Of a stretch of DNA of 64,000 nucleotides, positions 11,463-22,383 are shown in pieces (position 1 is the first letter of the stretch; every line of letters starts with the position of its first letter). The position numbers and the translations under genes are program-made. Source of the stretch: Pocillopora damicornis (Eukaryota); NCBI RefSeq assembly GCF_003704095.1, contig NW_020846568.1, forward strand, positions 62,001-126,000, read 5' to 3'. Below the pieces are notes generated by a model that ran no database searches, was not told the DNA's origin, and saw nothing but the letters and a program-made list of their open reading frames with translations.

Positions 11463-14400
11463 TTCTGAGAAGTTAGTGAAACCCAAATGGCCCTCAATTT
11501 CTGGATGATGTCCATTCGCGAGCTCTAATTTATAGAGGACTCTTGCCCATAATTATTGTGTAATACTCTTAGAAATATCCTCGTTAGAGAGGTTCTGACG
11601 CCAAAATCGTTTCCTCGACGCGCTTTTTGTTTTATTTCAGACTGTATAAATAATCCAAAAAAGCGTCCTACGAGAGATGTCAAACTTTAGTCTGAGAGTA
11701 AAGCTTTGAATTTTGAAAAAAGTCAAAAATAAAGACACAGGCAGTTTTGGTAGTCAATCAGTTATAAAAATAGGGATGATGTCTTTTTTACCATATTGTG
11801 ATGGTGAAAAATCGTTTATTTTTCGATGCAATGAGTGGACTGCACATATCAAATTATGCCAAAAGGAAAAATAAACACTAGCAAAAAATATTTCTCTGAA
11901 ACAGTTGCACGTTGATAATAGGGACAACAGGAAATGGTGCTTTTAACATGCGTGTTTCCATAATTGCCCATCAACACCTTCGAAATAACGTTAAAAAGAG
12001 CAATTTCTTTAAAGCCCACTTCAACATGGCGGCAGTTTGACAAAAACTCAGAAAACCTGCAGCTGATCTAAATGACTCCTAACTTCCTGGGAAATTAGCC
12101 CGCTCCTTCCCCCAAAGCACTTACTTTTGCACTAGTTGCGTTTTTTGTCAAATCATGTTGCCTTTTCGTCTATCATATGACAGAGGTGGTGTACAGATGG
12201 CTTCAGTTAAGTAATATTTTGCAAAAACAGGCTCTAGCTCTAAGTCATAAAAATCACACAAGAAACTATTGTTTATGCGAAAGAGGAAAAATTTTGTCCT
12301 TTTCAATGGTCAAATAATTCATTGTCCCCCCCTTCCCCCTCCAAAAAAAGTAATAATGATGATAATTAAATACAGCGCAGATGGCTGCGTCCTGAGTGGA
12401 CGTCAGGACTGTTCTGTCGCAGAAGAATTCTTCTCTTAGGAAAAAAAAGGTACTTTTTAAGGAAACCAAGAATTGTTCTAGGTAAATCTAATAAAGTTAG
12501 TTTACTCGATAGAACAAGGTGTGAAAACCGTCACCGCTTTTGCTTTGTACCAAACTCCTATACTTCCTCAGGAAAAACGTATGTTAACGGAAACCTGGAA
12601 ATTTTCTTAGCAAAATCTTTTAAAGTTAGGTTTCTCCATGGAAAAGAGTGTAGAAACAGGTAGAGCTTTCATCTTTAATAAAAATACTTTTGTCCTCCAC
12701 CTTCTCTTTGGAAGGGATGGTTTTTCTTATTGTGGTTTAATGGCATGATTGCAATTGGATCAAAATGGTTGGGGACCTTTTGGGGACGTATTAAGAATAG
12801 ATTTATTGATCAACACAGAAATTTCACATAAAAGTGTTTAGTATGAGCTCGTTGTCCTCCTCGGACAAGTTCTGAGTAACGACAAATGCCCAGTCGTCTC
12901 CAAAGACATCGAGAAGGTACGGAGATAATTTTAATTGTAGATTTTCACGAACTGTCGATAACTAGAGTGTTGAATTCACCTCTGATCTGTGGAATCGATG
13001 CCAGCCAAACTCTCAGCCTGATATTAGCACTGTTACCTGGGAAAGTTTCTGTAACGTTGCATGGGACGGAGTCGTGAAGATGGCGTCCTGAAGACTCCAA
13101 TGCTAAAGTTTTTATTGATACCGGTTTTATTTGCTGATGCATTACTAAACCTTTTTGACACCTGTACTATGACAAAAATCACTTAAAGTATGTCCATAGA
13201 ACACAAACACTAACTGATTTCTATGAAGAGCTCGACGTCTTCATTATCGCAAAGAACTCCCATTAGTGCATTTTCATAAGTAGGTCTTTCATCCAATTAA
13301 ATAGCATGGATTACACTCGACTCCAAGCCCGACATGATAATGGAGGCAACAATTTAAATTTAATTTTAAGGTTTCAATTTATAGCGTATCCATTTAAACA
13401 ATTCTAGTCTGCTATCGCGCATTCAAACATCATGCTCTTGAATGTTCTGGCTTCGATGATGTCTGACGGACGCATAAAACGTAATCGTCTCAGTAAGTTG
13501 GACTTTGAACTTTACGCTTTCTTACTTTCTGGAGTGATTCCTTTCTACAGGAAGTGAGACGTAGAACTTGTGTAGAACGTAATATAAGAAAAATTTTCTT
13601 GCTTAATCACTTCATTAAGTGTAAGGGGAAGCTACAATGCTATGGGAGAGAAACAAATTCGCTTGGCATTATTACAATTTGGTAGCGGAACGTACGTAAT
13701 CCTCTCCTACTGGCCTTGATGAATTTCTCCATTATGAATACGGAATTAGAACAATACTCGCGTTCTGCAATTTTAATTGGTAAGTTTAATAGCGCTGATC
13801 CCGGTAATGAATATTAAGGTTGCATCATTATCAAGTCACAGGTCGATTAACAATAGAGTAGAGTAAAATCTGCGATTCAAATGAAATTTATTTTATTCCA
13901 AATTATGTAGATATTCTACCGCTCAGGACCTGGAATGAAACACATGCCTGGTTGTCAATCGCCCTTTGTTGAACGAATATGGAGTTCTTGGCGGCCGTTT
14001 GCTAAAATTGACTCGAATGTGGGAGTGAAAAACTAAATGAATTTTTCTGCAGCAACTAATGAAACATTGACACGTGTTTTAGAATGTTGATCTACGATGA
14101 ACAGCTTTCTTGGGGGTTTTCGCTTTATGATTGTGATATGACTGCTCCGAATTTCGAGCGTACGAAGCCATCTGTCTGAGAGTTAGGGTTCTCGGCCGTT
14201 AAGAAAGGGAAAACTGAGTCTAAAAGAAAACTGTAACAATTGCGACTGAGAGAGTTTGATAAATCATGAAAGTCATGTTGTCTTTTTCGACTGACGGATG
14301 ATGGCTAAGGACCAAATTACAACAACAGGTTAAATTATGCGGAGTGTTCCACTTGTCATTCATTTTTTTATAGCACAATATTCGAAAAAGGTTTTCCATC

Positions 14401-15509
14401 AAACCCTTAGAGAACACCTAGCCACTTGGTCCTCAGTCAAATGGGTCCTTTCCAGACATGTTAAAATGGCAGTTAATTTACCCTGAAACATAGGGAGTCA
14501 ATTTACTCTGACATATTGACCAACTTCTATTAAAAGTTGAAAATGAAAATGAAAATTACGAGGCAGTTATTGACTTCGATTTGTGACGGTTAAGTTATAT
14601 CCTCATTCAGAAGGGCGCATAGTCGCGGTCAGTGAACGTGCAAATACAAATGAGGTGAGCGCAACAATTGTGTTGCTTAGTGTCCCGACATATCTGAATG
14701 CCAAGATACTGAAAGGAAAGGCCATCTTTAGATTTTGTTCAAGCAGGTGACACGTTTTGAGCAAAACTGCAAGAGAGAAATGACGTTGGTCAAATAATCC
14801 TGTAGCAACTTACTCGTTTAAAAAAAGAGATGTAATCCATCGAGTCAATGTCTCTGACAAAATGATTCTACGATTTGCTGATACCTTTTGAACGATTTTT
14901 GCAGATTCCTTCGAAAAACTAAATGATCGTATCTTAATAGGTTTTTTATAATGCTTGACTTATAAGACCCATATCACGACTGTGGCATGCAATATTCAGA
15001 GAACAACGACCTTCTAAAGTTTGTTTCAGGAAAAACCCAAGCGATGCCTCAAGCAAAAGCTGTTGCATCTCAAATTCGATTGCGGATCGGTGGAATGATT
15101 TAACCTTCAGTCACTCAAAATGCGTTTGCTTTGGTGCTGACTTTAAGACCTTTACTTAGACTGCCGTATATGATATTTCACTCGGCATCGACCATTGGAA
15201 AGGCGTAAAAGGATAAATATATTAAGGGATAGCAATCGTGCTTTTAGGCAGAACCTGTTATCACACACTACCTTCGGTGTTGCGTGAAGCTAATGAAATG
15301 GTAAAAAGAGGGAGAATCGTTACTTTTTACAGGTCTGCTTTGTAAGCCAAGCTCTATCGTTGTAATTTTTTTTTATTTTTCACATGCTTTTACCTTGGTG
15401 CTTTTTTCATATCGTAATAGTCGTTTCTCTAGGTACAAGTGATGTAGTCATTTCGTACTTCGTTTACTTCCAAGGACATCACAATGCTAGGTCCAAATCC
15501 ATCTTTTAA

Positions 15510-15894
15510 CTAACTAAAATCCTGCAGCTGAGCTTTCTCAAGTGAGCAAATATTTCTCATGGCCACGCACATATCCCTCATGTTTCTTTGAAGAGTTCGT
15601 GACTTCTGCAAGTAGATCAAAATAAGTTGTTAACATTCCATACTAAAATACGATTACCGATTGGAAGGAAACGAGTCACCTGCCAGAGGATAAAACTAAC
15701 CAGCTCTCAAAAGCGAACAAAATTTACTAATTTGCTAGAAAAAAATGAAGAAAAAGATATACCAAAATTGCTGATCTTTTGCCGTTGCATGGTCTTGAAA
15801 AAGTATTACACTGCTGATAAACTGCTTCTGTGTCAAACATGAAGCATAGAGCAAATAACAGAGAAATTATCAAAGCGAACTTCTTGCTGGCCAT
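15510..15894 (-). CDS. Secreted peptide precursor, paralogue 4 (75 aa, 2 exons; predicted disulfide-cyclised peptide)
   Basis: Exon 1 15894-15763 MASKKFALIISLLFALCFMFDTEA-VYQQCNTFSRPCN-GKR-SAIL, donor gtatat. Exon 2 15605-15510 after ttgcag: KSRTLQRNMRDMCVAMRNICSLEKAQLQDFS*. Confidence 0.85.
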
Positions 15895-17488
15895 TTGATA
15901 GAAGTAAAAGAAAGGTGAGGTAAAAATTTGTGACTGATAGTTCTTCAAAGGCTGTGCTATTTGAATTAAAGTTCACTGTGCCCTTAAATTTAAAGGAAAC
16001 TTCTACACCTCTTTTAGGCGATGTCCTGAGGGCTTTTGTTTTTCGATTGTACTTGTATACACTGCTTTTTGAAATTAGTTTCTCCGCCGGGAGCTACAGA
16101 AGTTGTAAACTACTTTAAAACTACTTTACTAGAGTAAGAAAAGTAAAAGTAAAAGAAAAATTCGATGGTACTTGCGGTCGAGTGATCGTGTTGAAAATTA
16201 CCGCCATTTTCCTTTTTGCTTTTAATATGGGTATGGCGTCTCTGAGTGAAATACTAATCTAGCGTGGTACGAGTACGAAAATGGTGTTGGGAAAATCCAG
16301 AAGTTTCTGCGTCCCTGGATGATCCAAACATGTTGCATCTGATCTCTTTCAAGTGGGAAAATATTTCTAGGGTCCTTTGGAAAATTGGAAGAAAAGAAAT
16401 CACCTATCGGGAGTCAAAAATAACTAACTATCTTGGGTGAACAAAATTTACTCGCTAGCAAGGGAAACTTTCGATTCACAGGTGATCAAGTCGCTGGATT
16501 GTGAAAAAAAAAACATTTAAAAGAAGAATGCATCGAATTTTCCATTGAAAGCACATTTGTTTGAGTTAATGAAACACTTCCGAAAAACTACGAGAATGGG
16601 GAATAAAGAACCGAACTTGTGTTTTTAGGCGACAGTTTCGTGAGCAGATGCTCTTCGATTATTTTGATTGATGTTTCCCGCAGGGGCAATAGAAATTTGC
16701 TGCAAAACATGAGTTGGATACGTTTTAAGAGTAAAGTGAATTGCTTCTATGAGAAGTATTATCCTCAAACTAGCTTTAGTAACCAATTTTATAAATGGAA
16801 GTCGTGTAAAGCCTTTCTCATGAGCATTCCAAAGTGGCGATCAACGCACTGAGAGTGCAAAGGATGTACTCCTGTAAGCAGACGACACCGACTTCTTCCA
16901 TACGACTTACACCAAGATGTGCGATATTTCACTTAAAGTTTGACATAAGATAAAAAGCTGGCGATATCCTAAGGAAAAGCTATTATCGCCCAAAACATTT
17001 TAGGTGAGTCCCCTTTGCAAATCAACCTCTAATCATTCAAGACTTCTACCAACACTGTTTTATTTCATCTAAGTGCCAAAGGGTAAAACGCGGGAAAAAT
17101 GCACGGCAAAAAGCTATCACCACTTGTAACTCCTATGCAACAATCGAACATTGAAGGAAGGAGTTAAAATATGGTAAACAATAAAGATAATTGTGTCTTA
17201 GTGACAAATGAGTCTTTTGATGCGTCAATGCATTAGCAATAATGGTTTGAATTTGTTTAAGACCGCTTTTTCGAGAGACTGTTCTTAATCGAGTATGGGT
17301 GAGACTGAGTGAGCGAAGATATTATCCCAACAAAATCTTTTATCAGAAGACTCCCTCACTGTACTGACAAGAGGGTGATGTGGTGTGACGAATTTGAAAG
17401 TAAACAAAAGAAGCATTCATGTCACAGTTCTATTTTATTTGCACTTAGGTTTTCATCTGAATACAATTTTCCACTTCTGTGAAAGACC

Positions 17489-18004
17489 TTAGTCGGTAGT
17501 TTGAGCTCGGAAACCTTGCGTTAAGGCTTCTCTTTCAGTTTTACATACATCATTCATGGTCGCGCATATGTTTCTGATATCCTTTCGAGAATCTTTCATC
17601 GCCTGCAAGAAAAAAAAAAATAAAAAGGATGTCATTATTGCGTTACGTTGGTCATGGCCACTGATGAAACCAGGTTCTGATGTATCGACGACTTCTATTT
17701 GCGTGTTTTGTAACGATCGTTACTGTCACAGTCGATAGTCACAGTTACTTGCAGAGAAGCTTAGTTTCCACTTCCCTGTATGGAAACGCTTTCAAAATTT
17801 AATTTAATTTAATTTTACATTACATTTTTCCAGACCGTTAATTTAGAGAAATCCCATACAACAGAATTATGACGATGCAAAACTAAAACATACCAAAGAT
17901 CTTAGTCCTTGTGGTCTTTGTAGATGGTAAACTGCCTCAGTTGGGTACATCAAGCAGGCTGCAAATATCAGACAAAATACCACTGCGAAAATCTTGCCTT
18001 TCAT
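17489..18004 (-). CDS. Secreted peptide precursor, paralogue 5 (74 aa, 2 exons; GLR instead of GKR)
   Basis: Exon 1 18004-17894 MKGKIFAVVFCLIFAACLMYPTEA-VYHLQRPQ-GLR-SL, donor gtatgt. Exon 2 17602-17489 after ttgcag: AMKDSRKDIRNICATMNDVCKTEREALTQGFRAQTTD*. Absent from the ORF track. Confidence 0.85.
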
Positions 18005-20886
18005 GATTAAGAAATGAATGTAGAACGGTCTTTTCAAGATGCAATGATACAGTCAATGTAGTTTTGTGGTGAACTCCAGTCTGATAGAAAACGAATTTGA
18101 AGATCATTTTTATAACAGAGTTTGAATGGGCATTTACTCCCTCTAAAGAGGGAGTTTATATTTTTTAGCTCGGAGCGTTTTTCGTGTTTTAGTGGCTTGT
18201 TTTTTTTCATTATCATCATTTCTTTTTAGATTGAAGCACCATCACGAAATAATTTTGAAAGTTTGATCGAGATAGAACTAGAGGAGCAACATCGCCGTAA
18301 TTGGCAATTTTACCAAAAATACTCAAGTTTGCATATAGAGAAAGACAGGTGGTTAATTTTGAGCTTTTTTCGTAGAATGAAGAAAGTCGTTATTCGCAGT
18401 CATAAGCATTTGAGCAGTACGACGATTTCGACATCACAGCAGAAAGGTAGAATTGGTAGCTTATCGAACCTAACGATGACTTGCTCCCCCTGCAAGTTTT
18501 CTTTAACTTATGATCAGGCTTAGAACATCGAACCGCGAGATCCTAAGGGTTAAGCGTTCGATTACTCATGGGGTGTTTTGGACCCACGCTTTCACCCACA
18601 CTCTTGTAGCAAAAAGGTTCATCTTTGTCATTCTTAACCACCTAAATTCTAGTTCCAAGATCTTTCCTTATTTCTATCTCCTAAGTGTTGGACTACTCTA
18701 TAAAACAATTCCTTTTGTTTTCAGTTATATCTTTGAATTGTGGCAAATGTATAAGCAAGGAATTTACTGGGGGTATGCATAACTTTCAACTTTCTCAATC
18801 CGGCTTACTCCTTTCAGAAACAGGCTAGTCCACCTGTGAAAACAGAAAGACGGAATTTTTAGTTGGTGATTATATTATTTACTCTTCGCTGTGAAAACCG
18901 TCATATTTATGTGGAAGTGTAAAGGTAGTTTTGATTTGGACTTTTTATATAAACAGTTCTCAGGAAAAGGAGAGATTTTAAGTGAGAAATCCATGTACGC
19001 AACGGAAAGAGTTTTTAGACACAGTCCATGCATCTTTTTAATTTCATTAACGTTTTCATGCAAGATACTTAACCAGTCCCTGAGCGATCGCCTTGATTAC
19101 AGAAATCTTGCGCTAAGTGTGAACCGCGATAACCTTTTCGGAAAAGAATTTTTTTTTAATGAAAGTCTGCAACCAGTCCCGAAGTTTGGAAAATTCTCAT
19201 CGCGGTTTCTTATTCATTCTTCAGCTACGACTTACCATTCTCTATCACATTCTAAAAAGGGTGCATTTACAAAAAAACAAAAACAAAAAATCGCAGAAGT
19301 AACACTTTTAAAAGAGAATAAACGACACCTGATTAACTCCCACACTTCTGCATCCATCCACCAAATTGCTTCTTCACCCGAGATGGGTTATTCTCCTAGG
19401 CGTAGAAATTGATCAATTTCATGGTAACTCAGTAGTGTTTGTCATTTCATGTACTCTAAGTTAGCTGACTATTCTTAGCAACGATCTTACACTTTGTAGT
19501 GAGGCATATGGCTGATAAAAGCACCTAGTGGAATGTATAACTCAGCCAAAAGTGCGACTAACCTATTTACAACAAACAGAAAGCACGAAGGAGATACAGC
19601 TTGGAAGAAAAACGAAGTAATCGAGAAGTAGCGCTGGCATAAGTGGATAGTGCACCACAACCATTTAAAGTGAACAAAATGGCTTCGGGCGTGCTCAGAT
19701 GCATCTCAGGAGCAGGTCACTCGAACAAGCACAAAGAAATGGGGAAGTGCTTTCTACTTGATGATTGTGGAAAACCCTAAAAGTTTTAAGAAGAGTGGTA
19801 GTTGCCTGCGGTAAAACTAAAAGTAAAAGAAATGCCGAAATAAAAAATCAATATGTGGAAGACACGGACCTATTTCAGTGATAATGACGGCTACACAACT
19901 TGTTATCTAATGTTAGCCATTAGCCGTAAAACGGCGGGGAAAAATGCAGCCGTTAGGCATAAAAAATTGACAAATTTTAAATCATTTGCCGTAAAAAAAA
20001 CACATAACCATAATTTTTTTCCATCTACCATGTGTCATGTTGAAAGAGTCGAAACGTTAGACTGTTATCAGGATATGTGTCTCGTAGCCAACTCGGGAAA
20101 ACGGAAAATTTCTCTACATCAAATAAACTCAACAGTAGCTCGATCTACAATTACGTTTACCATATAAACTATGGTGTTCTACAAGGATTCCCAGCCCTGA
20201 GAAGAGCCGTAACAACACACCTGAAAAATACGATATTTTTACACGTGTGTTTGATATCGCCAATCAGCTGCTGACTCGTCACTCGCCTTTCGCGCCACTC
20301 AGTCAGGTTGATGAATGAACAGCAAAGCCTTCACCTCTCAATCCATGGTTATTTGTCTGAATTTTCTCGGATTATGGCCGAAATATCCGTACGGTTTACA
20401 GACAGCGACGTTAAAAGTTTCCTAGAAGGGGAAGAAAACTAAAATACGAAAGCAAAAACGGAAAAATACGTATTCAGTGGCCTTGGTAATGGCATTTCTC
20501 GCGGCTGAGAACGAAAATCAACAACTTCAAGATTTGCCACAAGCCACTTTTGGCTGCGTACCTATAATATTTCTTCTGTCAGTAAGGACAAAGTCAATAA
20601 CTGAGAATTTTGTATTTTGAAAGTTACGCTCATTCTTATTTTTGAAGTGATTCAACTAATTTTTTTATCTTTTATCTTGAGCATTAGCGCCAACGCATTT
20701 TACAATTTTTATTCGGGGATTGTCGATCCTTTTATTTTCTTTCGTTGATAAAGTCGACTTTTCTTGTCAGTGACGGGCTATTATGTTTATATGATAAACA
20801 ATTTAATAGATGGTTGCTTGAAGATTTGGAATTTCTCTTCGAGTGTTGAACACTTTATTTTCTGGCGCCTTTTCCATCAAAGATTA

Positions 20887-21042
20887 TTAGTAAGTAACAG
20901 CCGATTATTAGGGAAACCTGAAAAATTTCCGGATTTGGTAAACTGCAATGAAGGAACACCAATGCTCCTATCATCAAAGTATATTAGTAAGTAACAGCCG
21001 ATTATTAGGGAAACCTGAAAAATGAACACCAATGCTCCTAGT
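20887..21042. repeat. Local direct duplication
   Basis: attagtaagtaacagccgattattagggaaacctgaaaa occurs at about 20887 and 20983, and aacaccaatgctccta also occurs twice. Confidence 0.8.
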
Positions 21043-21220
21043 AAGCTGCGGAAGGTGAGCTTCATGGCTATGCGAATGCTTTCTTTGTGTAAACTTACCT
21101 ATAATGTCCATATGATGTGAAGGTAGACCGTCTGAAATTGTCTATTTATTAATTACTCTTGATTGAATGTAATCAGTCACCTACAGATCTTGGGGATGCC
21201 TTCTCTTTGGAAGATAGAGA

Positions 21221-21358
21221 TTAGGATCAGTGGTCCAAGATCGCAGGGATCATCGTGCATCAAATTTCGGAACCGATGAATCGTTTTTTTTGTGTTTAAT
21301 TCATTGATTTCGCCAATGCACCATGATCCGAGTCATCTTTTATGAGGATCCGGATCAT
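21221..21358. mobile_element. Degenerate MITE-like palindromic element
   Basis: Inverted repeat ggatcatcgtgcat (about 21247) and atgcaccatgatcc (about 21316), with further ggatc motifs at the ends. Confidence 0.5.
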
Positions 21359-22383
21359 ATTGCTTTTCCCCAGTTTTTATAATTTTCGTTAGTGTTCTCC
21401 ATTAAATCGAATTCTCCAAAATTGCGAGAAAAAGACGGTCACTCAAAGAACCATCGGTAACTTAAAATAACTGAAGTAGTTGAAAAAGAAGACGTTTCAT
21501 GTGCGCGATACATTTATGGACATTTTCCACGAAGAACCGCAAAACAAATTATAGATAACACTAATCGAAATATTCACTATGTGTGGGAAATTCTCTCTAT
21601 TATGCGTCGCACGGGTATACGCTCCGGACGTACTTAAAATTTGAACTTTTCAAAATTAAAATTTTAACAGGATATTCTTCAGAATTCTCGCAAGTTTCAC
21701 ATATACTTACTCATTTCTCTTTTAAGACTACCATTCAAAAGCGGTTGATAAGATTTCATTAATCACACTGAAACTTTTAGTGTTAAAACTCATAGTGATA
21801 ACTAAGACGCAGCTTAGCTTAAGAAGAAAATATTTTCCGAAATGCACTTAATCTTGATCTAAATAAAAAAAAAAAAAACACTTATTGAGGTAAAGCTGTG
21901 AAAGCTTTCCTCAAATGTATGATATAATCTCAAAAATACATAATCTTAACATCGTTAACAAATATATAAGGTGCAAGTGTTTTGGTGAAAATTTTGAGGG
22001 TGATTCAGAGAGTGATTAAGAAGTCGCTGGTTGTGGGAGACGAGACAATAAGAACGATTGAAATGACCGCGAACAAATGTTCGATGTCAACAGTAAATTC
22101 GTTTAAAGAACAAGTTTTTTTAAAAAAATTGCACCCCATATCCGATTGCTATTTATTATTGATAAACACACGCAGTGTCCCAAATGAGTGTTAATCACTA
22201 AAGGTGGGGAAAAATCATTGGAGGAGAGGTGCAAATCGACGCACACTTTTCATTAAGGCGATTTCAACGAGATAGAGCAGTTTAGCCGAGACCCTGTTGC
22301 GACAGTACTTAAAAGAGAATTTCACCAGCGGTACTCGCCAGAGGAAATTAAGTGGTACGGTCAATTTACTCGCACTAGGAGCG

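Noticed and set aside
11141-11515. 124-aa minus-strand ORF in the track
   Set aside because: Wrong frame. The real exon (11462-11349) is in another frame and aligns with the paralogues.
2695-18004. Assigning the peptide family to GnRH/AKH, vasopressin or damicornin-type antimicrobial peptides
   Set aside because: There is no N-terminal pyroGlu/Trp pattern, no C-x4-C ring with neurophysin, and no cationic six-Cys mature domain. Only the general precursor layout is shared.
18891-19412. 173-aa ORF
   Set aside because: GTG start, AT-rich biased composition, no recognisable domain or convincing splice context.
20887-21042. Direct repeats considered as a CRISPR-like array (also 37453-37668)
   Set aside because: Only two copies each, no spacer series, eukaryotic context and no cas genes.
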